From Paraspadella gotoi (taxonomy: Eukaryota; Animalia; Chaetognatha): a DNA stretch of 64,000 bases. The position numbers and the translations under genes were made by a program. Positions 14,511 through 36,867 of the stretch are shown here, in pieces. Where the stretch lies: assembly GCA_051294375.1 (NCBI GenBank), contig CM119266.1:27080718-27144717 (forward strand), given 5' to 3'. Each line of letters begins with the position of its first letter. The stretch's first letter is position 1. The notes under the pieces are model-generated. The model saw only the letters and a list, made by a program, of their open reading frames with translations, made no database searches and was not told where the DNA came from.

Positions 14511-14831
14511 CGAGAGGAGAGGAGGAGGAGAGAGAAGAGAAGGAGACGAACGAGGATGAGGAGAGACGAATAGAGAGAGAGAGAGAAAGGGTTAGGAAGC
14601 GAAAGATAGGGCATTTGGAAAGAGAGAGGGATCGAGAGACAGAGAGACAGGAAAGGACGAAGAGACAAAGAATGCAAGCATCGACCTTGATAGGGGACGC
14701 CGAGAGATAGGGAAAGAAAGAGACAAACACAGAAGACGGAGACAGAAGCAGAAAAACAGAAAGCGACAGAGATAGAGAGATTATTCCCAAAAACGACATT
14801 GGAAAGACCTAGATCTTTGTAACAAAACGAT

Positions 14832-15306
14832 TGTTTTGACGGTCGTGGCGGCCGACGCGAGCGTTCCCGCGCGGAATAAAAGTTCAACGTCCGCGGAGTC
14901 ACCGGCGGACGACATCGCGATCGAGACGGCCCAAATAATAGGGAAAAGTTTTACAACTGATTCAGTCGCGAAGAAAGGGGGAAAAGGGGGGACAATTAGT
15001 ATCCGTCTTATTTTTAACTTTAACAATGTTTTAGAGAGAGAAGGTCGTTGCCTCTAGAACGTTCAACGTTTTTAACATCTCGCCGTTGGGGTTTATTTTT
15101 AATTGATTTTATATTTACGTTTTATATTTTATTCTCGAAATTAAGAATTAATTTCACACCTCGTTTTTATGAAACAAACATTTTATCTCCGTTCCTCGTC
15201 GCCAAATTGTTTGTTGATAAATAAACTCGCCAACCTGTTCCAAAAACTGAACGTTATTTAAGAACTAAAGTCAGCCAACGTGATCGAAACTACAGAGGCA
15301 CAAACA
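14832..15306 (+). repeat. 5' LTR of BEL/Pao element
   Basis: 475 bp, tgttttgacgg...gaggcacaaaca; contains AATAAA near 15220. Confidence 0.92.
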
Positions 15307-16396
15307 TTAAAAACGACGTTCAAAGAAAAATTCGATCGCGTAACGAAAATGTAAACATTCGGCGCTTCAAAGAAATCTTTCACCGCGAAATTCGAATCGT
15401 CATTGCATCTTTGTCGTGTGGAGACCCCTTTAAAGTGAAAAGNNNNNNNNNNNNNNNNNNNNNNNNNNNNNNNNNNNNNNNNNNNNNNNNNNNNNNNNNN
15501 NNNNNNNNNNNNNNNNNNNNNNNNNNNNNNNNNNNNNNNNNNNNNNNNNNNNNNNNNNNNNNNNNNNNNNNNNNNNNNNNNNNNNNNNNNNNNNNNNNNN
15601 NNGATGCCGGGAACCCATGAAACCCCTCGGCAGAATTCTCAAGGAACTCTGACGCCAAAGCAAAATAAATATTCGACGTCTTTCTCCCTGTCTCCCTCGA
15701 CGTTTCATCGATGCGCGGCGACGAGCGATGCCAGAGAGAAGAGGATCGTCGAGATTGGCTCCGCTCCTCCTCCTCTGATTCCGTTCAAGACGTTGGCTGC
15801 ACACTACAACGGCTGGAGTGCGGCGCCCGCGGTTCTGCATCTCAGCACTGCGGAGGACGTCGCCCGGCATTAAGATAAGATTAAGATTAAGATAAGAATG
15901 AATCGATTTGAATTATAAGATTTTGAATAAATGAATGAAACTATAATTTGATTGTCCTTTCCTTGTTTNNNNNNNNNNNNNNNNNNNNNNNNNNNNNNNN
16001 NNNNNNNNNNNNNNNNNNNNNNNNNNNNNNNNNNNNNNNNNNNNNNNNNNNNNNNNNNNNNNNNNNNNNNNNNNNNNNNNNNNNNNNNNNNNNNNNNNNN
16101 NNNNNNNNNNNNNNNNNNNNNNNNNNNNNNNNNNNNNNNNNNNNNNNNNNNNNNNNNNNNNNNNNNNNNNNNNNNNNNNNNNNNNNNNNNNNNNNNNNNN
16201 NNNNNNNNNNNNNNNNNNNNNNNNNNNNNNNNNNNNNNNNNNNNNNNNNNNNNNNNNNNNNNNNNNNNNNNNNNNNNNNNNNNNNNNNNNNNNNNNNNNN
16301 NNNNNNNNNNNNNNNNNNNNNNNNNNNNNNNNNNNNNNNNNNNNNNNNNNNNNNNNNNNNNNNNNNNNNNNNNNNNNNNNNNNNNNNNNNNNNNNC

Positions 16397-19300
16397 TATG
16401 GCCCACCCCCTAAGTCCTTCTTCCCTGAACCTGCTTGTGGAACTTTTGATGTCCCTCCCACTCAAGATGTAGTTAAGCCTAGAGTGATAATCTCTAATCC
16501 TGGACAGGATGATGAAGGGCAGCTGCAAAGGGAGGGGGAGGTTGATCCAGAGTCAGGATTGCCCCCAAGTGGAGCCGCTGGGTGGGCTCAAAGCTGCCTT
16601 AGTAGGAACACTAAGGGACGGTCCACTCACTCAAGCAGAAGGTCTAGGAGTAAGAGGGATGAAGGCTCGGTCAGGTCTGGTTCTTCTAATGGATCAAGCA
16701 GAAGCTCTCGTTCTGTCAAATCTTTAAAGGTAGATGCTGGCAGCTTTAGAAGCTGGGGCAGGCAGTAGAGAGGAGATGAGATTAAAGAAAAGAGAGAAAA
16801 TGAAGCTGAACAAAGAAAATGGAATTGGAATTAGAATTGGAGAAGATTTGGCAGAAAAGAAAAGCCTTGGCTGAGACAGAGGCTAGATTGGGAATGATTG
16901 AAGCTATTGATAATATGGAAGATTTCCCTCCTTGCAGACCCTCCCCAACTTTCAGATGAACGTGTCGCGGACTGGAGATCAAGAACACTCGTCCGTGACC
17001 GACAATGGAGATGCAGAGGATGCTGGGTCATCACGAAGCACACATCCGTTGACCCCATCTGCTTCAGTGGTGATCATGGAGCCAACATCGGAAGCCGGTG
17101 TCTCTCCTACTGGAGCAGGGAAGATCCAACCCAAGACTGACAACTCTGAAAAAACAACAAAGGTCAGGTGTTGCTACTCTGAACCCTTTGGCAGGGGTTT
17201 GGGCTCAGAGGAACCTATTATAATCCCCTCCCTTTGGTTCCATGTGTCGGCGGCGCCTGTGGTCAGTGGAGCAGTCCATCCTGCGGTCCTTCACAGCCCA
17301 TCATGACCCATCAAGATTATGCCTGCTGCTCACATGGTTGGCAGCAACACTCTTCAACGGAAACGTCCATCTCAGGGTGAGAAATGGCAGGGAATCCCGC
17401 TGGGTGAGGCCATTCCTGATGGATTTGCATTACATGTTGAGAGTAGTGGGTATGTCAGGGCATGACAAGTTTTTTGAACTTTTAGAATGGACCAAAGGTG
17501 CTGCTAATCAGGCCATTCAGGAATTTAAAATGTTGCTGATGGTGTCAAGCACTGGAACTTGCTAAGCAAGGTTAAGAGAACATTGGGGTTATCAAAAGTG
17601 TACTGCTCTTGATAAACTGGAAGAGTTCTTGAAGAAGGGTGAGGTGAAAGCCTCTGACCATGAGGTTTCGCGAGCTCTGTTGGGAACTCCAAAGATGGCT
17701 AGAATCGCTGAAATCAATGGAGATTTCAAAAAATTTGATTCTATTGACGTCCTGAGAAGGATCATAGAGCGCCGCGTCCCCTTCATCAGGGAATCTTGGA
17801 GAAAGTACCACCATAAGATGACAGTAAGATGGAACAAGTCTGCTGGTTTTGCTGTTTTTGTTTCCTTTCTTCAGGATCGCGTTTTGGAGAGATGGAATCG
17901 CCCTTTTATTCAAAGGGAGCAGCTGGCTTAAGCAGCAACAAAGACAAGACTGTCTCCACTGCAAGGTCAACGTTGTCCAGGCATCTGTGGATCCAGAATC
18001 TGAGAAATCCCAGAGGCCGGCTGGCGGGAAGCCTAAGCAGCTGCAGCAGTCAGAGAAACAGCAGGAGAAGGTGCCTGAGACGTCTCATTCCTCTGGAACA
18101 CCTACTCCACTGCTGCAAGGAAGATGTTTAACTGCTCAAGCATGTAAGTCTGATCATGCCATTACTGATTGCCACTTGTTCATTTCTAAATCTTTGCCTG
18201 ATCGAGTCTTTCAGCTGCGGACTACCGGAAGCTCTTAGATGCTTAAGACGTGGACATATGAGACAAGATTGCCAGGCAAAAGATATTTGTAGCACCTTAA
18301 TCAACGAAACACATCATACTTTGCTCCATCGAGATGAGCTCCACACAGCACAAGTCTCCAGTGCAACAGCTCAGGTGGCATCATCCCCAGCCTACCGTCC
18401 CATTGTTGCGATTCGCGCTAAGGGTCCAACAAGGTGACAGAAGTTTATGCTTTTTGGATTCTGGCAGCAATCGAACTTGTGTTCAAGGAGGTTGGTAGAG
18501 GAGTTGGGCTTGAAGACAAGCTCGTAGAGATGCAGGTGGCCACTCTTGACACCACCAAAAGGGTGAGAGAGATCAGGTCGATTTATTTTGGAGTCTATTG
18601 ATGGCTCATACATGGAGGCTGTGGAATCCGTGGTGTAGCAGACATGCTGTTAGCCATGATGCCCAGACTCTTAAGAACTCAGAAATTGTTAAGTACCCGC
18701 ATCTCAATGGAGTGACACTTCATGAGTTAGACAGAAATGAAATTGATGTTATTATTGGTGCTGATCTCTTGGCACACCTACTATGGTAAAGTTGAAAATG
18801 TCACTGGTTTGGGAAGCTTGCCTTCTGAGTCAGGAGTCTTGAGGCCCAACCAGTCTGATATAGAAGACACTAAGATGATTGTCAGCAGCAGGCTGCTCCG
18901 GATAGTAGACCTACTCTGAAAAGTGGAGTTTGAACCTGCAGATCGATGCCGATCTGTGGTGAACCTCCGAAGAGGTGGCGGGTCTGGATTGACAGCTATG
19001 TGCACACTTTGGGGCTGGACTGTGACCGGGAAGAAAGGCCTTCCAGGACCGGTTCTGTCTGCTTTGATTTCCCTGAATCCATCTTCTACTATAAAGAATG
19101 TTAAATTGTCAAAAGAAAAGCATGATTTAGCCCCGTCAGTAGATTTGCAGCAAACCTCCTTCAAAGGTGCTGCTCCGCCTGTTCCAGAGCTGGAATCTGC
19201 TGATGGAGGGGGCTCCGCCTTGAAGCATGACCCAGAGAGAAAGCAAAGGTCATGTGGGCGACGTAATGCCAAAAGACGAAGTAAAAAAAGAAATGAAACA

Positions 19301-19555
19301 ATGAATGACAAACTGACTGACCTTGTTGACAGTCAGACAAGTGGTAAACGTCAGAACATGTCAAAGGAACCTGCTGGTGAAAGACTGAAACGTGAAAGGA
19401 GGACCTCCGCTGGTCAGCAGAAGGAGGGGGGAGAGCCTTCAAGGGTTCCCCTGACGGCGCGGAGAATTTCTTCCCCTCCCCTCATCCAAAAAATTCTGCA
19501 TAAACAGAGACGATGGCGACGTCGCCGTCGGAAAAAAGTAAGGATTTTGGTTTAA
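16397..19555 (+). CDS. BEL/Pao Gag (DUF1759-like capsid, three Zn-knuckles) fused to aspartic protease (DUF1758-like); frameshifted in this assembly
   Basis: WTKGAANQAIQEFK capsid-like segment (~17490); zinc-knuckle region (C)QACKSDHAITDC / RCLRRGHMRQDC / HHTLLH (18130-18330); protease LDSGS (~18455), IDVIIGADL (~18740), MCTLWGWTVTG (~19000), ending in a basic tail KQRRWRRRRRKKVRILV*. 5' start lies in or before the N gap. Confidence 0.75.
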
Positions 19556-20238
19556 TTTTGTAAAATTTTAATTATTAACCTGGAATTGTTACACGAACTC
19601 GAAATACGATTTTGGATTTGATTTGACTTGATTATTTGAACAAGTAATAAGACGTGAGCGAGATCCTCGCCGCGGAAATTTGTAATTTACATTTTACAAA
19701 GTTAAGAAATTCGTTCTCCCTTCTCGAATTTTTTTTGTTGACGCGTCGTCTGACGCGAAAGATCTGAAGATTCTTTTCCCTTTTATGGAGAGGGGAAAAG
19801 TATTTATTATGTTTTAATTTAATGGGCGACGTAGTATATAATTGTTATTGCATAGAACTATTGACTTGTAAGTTTCTGAGTCAGGAACTTGTCTGTAGCA
19901 TGCTAAAATTGTTTTTAGTTTGAATTTGACTAACCCCTTCTTTTTATTTGAATCTAAGAACTAGGTTAACTAAATTTAATTTAAATTAAGTTTAACTTTG
20001 ATTTGAATTTAATTCTGATACTAATCCCTTTTTCTTTAAGAACAGATTTGAATTTTTGAAATAGTAACCCTTTTCTTTCAGCTCAGTATAAATTTATTTG
20101 AAATATTTGAAATTTGGAAACTTTTTTTTGTTTGAGCAGCTCTCTCATCCGATTCCCGAGGTGATCAGCGGCGTAGGTCAAGTGGACCCGCGGAACTCCG
20201 GCGGCGCCCCGAATTCGAAAAGGCTCGAATGGAGGGGG

Positions 20239-20714
20239 TGTTTTGACGGTCGTGGCGGCCGACGCGAGCGTTCCCGCGCGGAATAAAAGTTCAACGTCCG
20301 CGGAGTCACCGGCGGACGACATCGCGATCGAGACGGCCCAAATAATAGGGAAAAGTTTTACAACTGATTCAGTCGCGAAGAAAGGGGGAAAAGGGGGGAC
20401 AATTAGTATCCGTCTTATTTTTAACTTTAACAATGTTTTAGAGAGAGAAGGTCGTTGCCTCTAGAACGTTCAACGTTTTTAACATCTCGCCGTTGGGGTT
20501 TATTTTTAATTGATTTTATATTTACGTTTTTATATTTTAATCTCGAAATTAAGAATTAATTTCACACCTCGTTTTTATGAAACAAACATTTTATCTTCGT
20601 TCCTCGTCGCCAAATTGTTTGTTGATAAATAAACTCGCCAACCTGTTCCAAAAACTGAACGTTATTTAAGAACTAAAGTCAGCCAACGTGATCGAAACTA
20701 CAGAGGCACAAACA
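20239..20714 (+). repeat. 3' LTR of BEL/Pao element
   Basis: 476 bp near-identical to 14832-15306, immediately after purine tract, followed by ACGAT TSD. Confidence 0.92.
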
Positions 20715-23414
20715 ACGATCTTAAACATTTGTTTATAAAAATTCAAAATAAGAAATAAAATCATGTAATGAAGATTGAGACAATTAATGAAATAATTGAA
20801 TAAATAAAGAAGATCAATCCGTTGATGACCGAATTTGAAAATACGACAATGAGGACGACGAATACGACGAGAACGATGACAATGTTTTTTTTATCCTGCG
20901 ACTACCTCAGGAAACAATAATAAACAACAACATCAACAACTAAAATATACGATAAATTAATCCTCTGTGGCGAATCCTAAATTCGCTTCCCTCGTACTTT
21001 CATCGACTTAACCTCCCGGAGTCTAAAAGCGGTCGCCGTCCGCCGCCGCCCGCCGCCCGCCGCCCGCCGCCCGCCAACCACAACAACAACAACGACGACC
21101 ACGCCGGGTTTAAAACGGTATAATCCTCGATTTCAGACGGACTCTTCCTTTGGCCGCGAAAATCGTGTTTAGGTTTCGACGGCGAAATTGTTTTTTCTTC
21201 TTCTGGGACGAAAGGGTTATAACTCAATCCGATGAAACATCTTCTTTTCGGAACGTAGAGAGAGAAAGAAGGAAATAAAGTCGAAAATGTTTCCTTAAAT
21301 TTAATTTATCGAGATTCTCTTTTTTTTTTTATCAAAGGTAGAGCGAAAAGCTTTCTAATTGATATGACTGACTACGTTGGTATAATTGAGATCAATTCAG
21401 AGATAAAAGTAACTTTTTAAACGTGCGGCCGAATTTTTGGTGAGTAATCAGTCGCTATTATCTGAGTAATAAAAATCTGTAAATTCCAAGCATCCAGATA
21501 TACACTTATACTGAGTTATAGGAAATACAATTGAATTACGGTTAATTGTACAATGAGTTTAAAGTAAATTGATTTCCTCCCTTTTGAATATTTTTTTAAA
21601 ATCGGCCGCTAATTAATTTTTCCCTTTGGCGAATTTAAAGGAACGAATTTTTTCTCCCACGAAAAACTGTCGTCTCCAAACTTTTAATTTTATTCTCGTA
21701 CTTAAAAAATTTCGAGGAGGCGCTCATGCGAAGACGATCGAAGAGGATTATAAATTAAATATATATGTCCGCGTCGGAGCGCACAATGGCACAATTATTA
21801 ATTAGCCTTTAGAAAAATCATTGAAAAAAGTTTTTTTCAAATATAAATTTAATTTTACTCTCATACAAAATAAAACGCATCTAGCCGATAGTTTAATGAC
21901 GACAGATCGTACGTACACGAGGAAAACTGTACGCATATACTTGCCCGGACGGGCGTTTTTACCTTGGAGGCATTATCGAAGATCATTCCACCCATGACGG
22001 ACGACGTCAGTCAAACATTTCCGCCGCCATTCGACATTAAACCTTAAGGGCATTCCCAAAAACCAACTCGAGTCCACCTCGCCATCTCTTTGAGCCCAAC
22101 CACCTCGACTGCCACCTCCATCGCCTATTTTACCACCTCTGCCACTTCTTTTACCACCTCTTTCGTCATTCATCCGCGAAGGAATACTACTAATCTCGCT
22201 TCGCCAGTTCCCAGTTCGATCCCTCGTACACGCGAGAGTTCAGACCGGGTTACGAGTTTGTCAACTCTATTGTCGTAGTCGTAGTTGTTGTTGTTGTTCT
22301 TGTTGAATTTAATCCTTCGTCGATCCCAAGACATCGTATCGAAGGAGAGTCCCGGGACAATCCGTATCAGGGTCCAACTCAAGAAAGAAAGAAAGAAAGA
22401 AAGAAAAAAGTAAAAATAAAACATATATGTATCAAAAATAACTAAAGACTTAGTCAATTTAATCGTCAAAATACATACATCAGATGGATTTAATGGAAAA
22501 GACCCGTTTTTTTTTCCGATCAACCACCGTCCGAGCTCAACTGTCCGCACGAGCGGCGAAGCAATGCGTACGTCGGCGGGGGGTAAGGCAAGAGTTGAGA
22601 TAGGCATAGAAGGGGTTAGGAGCGAAGTCACCTTAAAACCGCGGGGGTCAGTTCTTAATCCGGGGTAAGTTTCGTCTTTGAAATCGGCGACGATCTGCCG
22701 GCCCTCGCTGATCAAATCTTTCCACCATGACATTTTATTCAATTATCGCTTTTGTCAGATATTTTTTTATTTATATCCAAAATTATAATTTTCACTGAAT
22801 GTAGATTTTTATCATCAATGACTCATAGCAATAAATTTTAAAGTTTTGTTTATGTGATAGGTTATGACCAAAAAAATATTAAAATCGTGATCGGCTGAAT
22901 GAAATTGTTAGTCCCCGTGTCATTTTAAAAACTGGTTCTTTGTTGCATTTACAATTATTGTGATCGAGAATGATTGATCATTGAAAGACCAATCGAGAAA
23001 TGGCCTCCTCATCTTCTTCCTCCTCTTCCTCCTCCTCCTTCCCCTCCTCCTCCTCCATGGTTCGCTATAAAATTCATGAGCGACGAAGAGAATTGAATCT
23101 CGCGCATCTTTCTTGTTTTCCAAAATATGGGGCCTTTTACGAGAGAGAGAGAGAGAGAGGGAGAGAGAGAGAGAGAGAAAGAGATGAGAGAGACAGGAGG
23201 CCAGAGAGAAGAGAGAGAGAGAGACAGAGAGAGAGAGAGAGACATTACACACGGGAAAGATAAAGTCGTTAGCATCACTCACTCCTTCTCTCTTTCTCTT
23301 CTCACACATTCCGACCGCCAGTGAGTTTTTTTTTCTTATTGTTTTTTCAGAATGAAAATAAAGTCGACAGGAATTCTCACCCCTAATTTTTTCGGTCTTT
23401 TTTACGGCGGAAAT

Positions 23415-23496
<82 letters not shown>

Positions 23497-24659
23497 GGAA
23501 AACCGACGAAGAGCGAAGCACCGCCGTAAAAATTCGTAGAGCGAGCGGGAAAAGTGAGGGGGAGAGGAAAAGGGGTGGGGGGGGAATATGAGGGAGAGAG
23601 TGAGATGATATGCGGGATGCGGGGGGGGGAGGTGGGAGCGAGAAGAAAGTTAAATTGTGAAGTGGAGAGTGTTGTGGGAGAAGGAGAATGTGGATGAGAG
23701 TGGAGAGCGAGAGGAATTTGACGGGCTGGGTTGGGGGGGGGGCGATGGAGGAAGTAGTAAAAAAAATTTAAGTGATAAACGAGAGAGAGAGCAAAGGGAA
23801 AACTGAAGGGCAGGGGGAACGAATCGTAGAGTTAAGGGGAGGGAGGAAAAAAGGAAAATAGTAAAAGAAATTTAAGTGATAAAATAGGGAGAAAGGGCTT
23901 CGAACGAAATCAACAGAAAAGTGAAATTTTAGGACTTTTCGTCGTCATCGTCGTCGTCTTCGTCTTCGTCGTCGTCGTCGTCTTCGTCTTCGTCTTCGTC
24001 GTCGTCCTTTTCGAAGTTGTCACTGATTTTTGTTTGTTTCCGTAGTGTTGTTTTTTGTATGTTGCTCTCAGTGTTTTTTGGTGGAATTTCTCCTGATAAA
24101 AAAAAATAGATAATTAGCCATTTTCCAGACTCTTTTGATAATTATTGTATTGTTAACATTCGTATTATTCTTATTTATTTACGTCTATGACATAGACGAT
24201 TCCCTAAATTCCGTTTTCCCCATTTTTTCCGCGTCAACATTCAAACTCGTTTTCCTATTATCGTCGTCGTCGTCGTCGTCTTGAGAAAACAAAAAAACGA
24301 AAAGAAAAACAAATGTTCAACGATTAACTTCAACGTCTTTTTCATCAAGTTCCCTAAACCACTTTACCCCGCCCCCCTTTCGCCCCCCTTCCGCCCTAAT
24401 TCCGCTTGTCCCGCTGTTTTTTCGTTCTAGTCTCGTCCTCGAACCCTAACATTTCCGACCACACCTCGACGAACTATGGCGGCTGTCGAAGGGGGGGGGG
24501 AGACGGGACGGAAAGGGAGGGCCATAACTTGGAGGACTGGAAAGAAGGGCGTTGAAAGACGAGTTGGAAGCAGGAAGGTTTAAACTTGAAAGAATTCGAT
24601 TGAAAAAGTTGAAAAAGAGAAGTGAAGTTAAGATTTGCGGAATACGGAGGAGATGAAAG

Positions 24660-24849
<190 letters not shown>

Positions 24850-25121
24850 GAGACCCACGATACAACCGGCGTTTTCTGTTCCCAAAATGAAGTGAGGAAT
24901 TTGATGGACAAGAAGAGAGAAGAAGTGAAGAGAAAGTGAAAAAAGATTTAGCTCCAAGTGAAGACAAAATGGTTAAACGTTTATCCCTGGATATCTCCTC
25001 GATCTGGAGTCGAAAAGTCGAAGAGAGGAGGAAGAGGAGGAGGAGGAGGATAGGGAGAGGATGTGAAAGAATTTAGAAGAAGAATCTGGTGTGAGTGAAT
25101 ATGGGATGTTTTGAGAGAGAA

Positions 25122-25187
<66 letters not shown>

Positions 25188-25442
25188 AAACGAGCGGAAG
25201 TTAAAAGAGGGAGTGAGGGAGAAAGCGGAAGTTGAGAGAGAGAAAGAGAAAAAATACGCCTCCAATTTAATCGCTAAATGTTCTCTTCAAAGACTCGTGG
25301 TCTCTCTCGCTCTCGCTCTCTCTCGCTCTCTCTCTTACTCATTCTGCCAGAACCTGTTCAGGGATCCGGAGCTTCCTGTCTATAAAATTGAGGCTGGGAA
25401 AGAAGAAATAAAATAGAGAGACAGAGAGAGAGGGAGAGAGAG

Positions 25443-25481
<39 letters not shown>

Positions 25482-26585
25482 CAAACGCGAAGAAACAGGA
25501 AGAACGCAAATGAAAGGAAAAAGGAAAAAGAACAAGACTTTTCGTCCCCGGAGATTTAAACCCGAACAAAAGGGCGAATGTTGTTGGAATTCGACGCCAG
25601 AGGATTAGTGGCGCTACCGGTATTTCGTGCATAAAACGAGAAAAGAGAGAAACAACTCTCGAGACAAAAGAGTAAGACAGAAAGAAAAGAGAAAGAGAAA
25701 AATGAAAAGAGAAGAGGGCAATGTTCTTCTTCTTCAAAGGAAAAAAAGAGACGAAATTGGTCTCGTCTGCTTCTTTTTATTGAGATGTTTAACTCGCAAG
25801 AAAAACAAATTCAAAAAAAAGAAATTAAAATAAAAAATGAAAAAAATAAAAAAACAACCAAAATAGGAAAAACAAGAAGCAGTTTTGATCTGAGTTCGTG
25901 CGTAAAAAGAGATACAAATCAATTTTCGCCGCCGCTGCAGTCGCCGCTTCCCCAGCCGCGTCAGTCGCCGCTGCCGAATATTATGGATACCGCGAGAAAT
26001 CCTCCCCTAAAACTAATTAGTGTTTTTACTGCGTCGGAGTTTGATTTAATTTAGTTTTTATTATTATTTATCGCTCCTCCAAGTCCGAAGAGAAATAGAA
26101 AGGAAAAGTGTGAAAGATCCAAAAGCTTCTAAATAAAAAGAAAGCGACTGCATTTTTGTAATAATTAATTAGAAGAAAGGTTTATTGAGTAATTTTTTTT
26201 TCTTCAATAAAGCCTCTTCTTGCATGATTTAAGAGAGTGAAAAATAAAAATATGCATAAATCTCTTCCTTTCGATTAAAAACTTGATAAGAATAAATCGT
26301 TGGTAAGGAATCTTTCTTTTCTTGAGTCGATTTGAAATTAAACTTGGCTCTTTTTATTCGGTCAATAAATTAATTAAATTTTGAGAGAAGGAAAAGTAAG
26401 TGGATCCGAGTGGGTGGCCGGGAGAAGGACAAGGGACGACGAAGAAGGACAATGACGAAACAAAATATGGAAATCAAAGACGGATAATTGCATATGAAAT
26501 ATTAACAAAAGAAAAACGAACAATGGCAAAACCTAATTGAAAATGACTAGGGAGAAGGGACTAGGGAGATTGACAAAGTTAAAAA

Positions 26586-26818
26586 GGTAAGGCTCATGGT
26601 GGGATCGCCTGGGATAGCTAGAATGCTGAGTAATGGGTATCTAAGCCAACTGTCATAGGCCCAAATGGGCTGCAGGGCAACGGTGACCGCCTCCAGCCAC
26701 TGTCATGTTTCAAACTGTCCCGTCATTATCACCGTCGTATCATGTTGGAACCGGGATTCCCAAAGATTAAACAGTTTAACGGTTTAAGACGCGATCATTC
26801 AGAACACTCAGCCACAGA
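26586..26818 (-). mobile_element. Putative tRNA-derived SINE
   Basis: Minus strand starts with A-box-like gtggctgagtgtt, then ...tcttaa..., B-box-like ccggttccaac, GC-richer body and T-rich end. Single copy in window, no TSD established. Confidence 0.35.
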
Positions 26819-27600
26819 GACGACGATAGAAAAATTTCAATAAATAATATCAAAATAATATCAAAACCACTATTTATTTGTCAAAATAAAAACTCTCTAC
26901 TTTGTAAAATAATTCGGAAAGACAACGAAATCGAAAGGAATTTAACCAATTATGCAAAATAATATCAAAATAATATGAAAGGTTGAAAATGACGCTCAGT
27001 GACGATAAAAACAAAAGCGACGAAAGACGAATGACGAATGACGATCGATGATTTCGAAGGACGAAGGATGACGACGATAATTAATAATTAATTAATTTCG
27101 ACAGAATCCAAGAAATGATTATCTCTGACTTTCGTCACACGAAACTCGCGATCGCCTCTCTGATTCCTCGCTTTGCTCTTTGTCATCGATCATCGATCAT
27201 AGATTAATAATTAATTTATTTCAATTAATTCCTCGGCCCGATTATTCTTAATTTTTAAAGTTTTTTAATATTTTAATCGAGATTCCGTCCCCCAAGCTTG
27301 ATACTCACCCCTTCCCTACCTTCGCGTCGCAAGATGCTATCTAAAGTCACCAATGATATCCGCCGATAGTCCGATACATTATACTTTATACTAATACACT
27401 TTATACTAATATACTTTATACTAATACACAATCCTTTTCCTCGCACCGACTTTCCACATCGGATCCCCCGACTCGAGGCCGCATCTCATCCGCGATCAGA
27501 ACTTCACCGTCGCGTCCAATTCACGATCTCCACCTCAAACCCACATCATTAGAAAAAAAAGGTTAGGACATTTTTGTTTGACTTTCTCGTCATTGATTCA

Positions 27601-27645
<45 letters not shown>

Positions 27646-27731
27646 GTCGTCGTCTTGTCGGCGAGAAAACGTCAAATGTTCCTCTTAAATCTTTATTATG
27701 ACGAAACNNNNNNNNNNNNNNNNNNNNNNNN

Positions 27732-36810
<9,079 letters not shown>

Positions 36811-36867
36811 CTTAACCCCCTACTTTTAAGACGCCCCCTCTAGCGATGTATTGTAGTCAGTAGGTAA

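Larger units (their letters stand above)
14832..20714 (+). mobile_element. Full-length non-autonomous BEL/Pao LTR retrotransposon (Gag + protease only)
   Basis: LTRs 14832-15306 and 20239-20714 with TGTTT...AAACA termini and only about 3 visible differences; 5-bp TSD ACGAT at 14827-14831 and 20715-20719; PPT ggaggggg at 20231-20238; internal BEL-type gag/protease motifs. Confidence 0.92.

Noticed and set aside
7480-14831. Two independent or tandem insertions of the BEL element
   Set aside because: Copy A shares ~0.9 kb of 5' flank and the ACGAT site with copy B, starts at an N gap, ends mid-LTR and differs by dense 1-bp indels: most likely an uncollapsed noisy read or haplotype.
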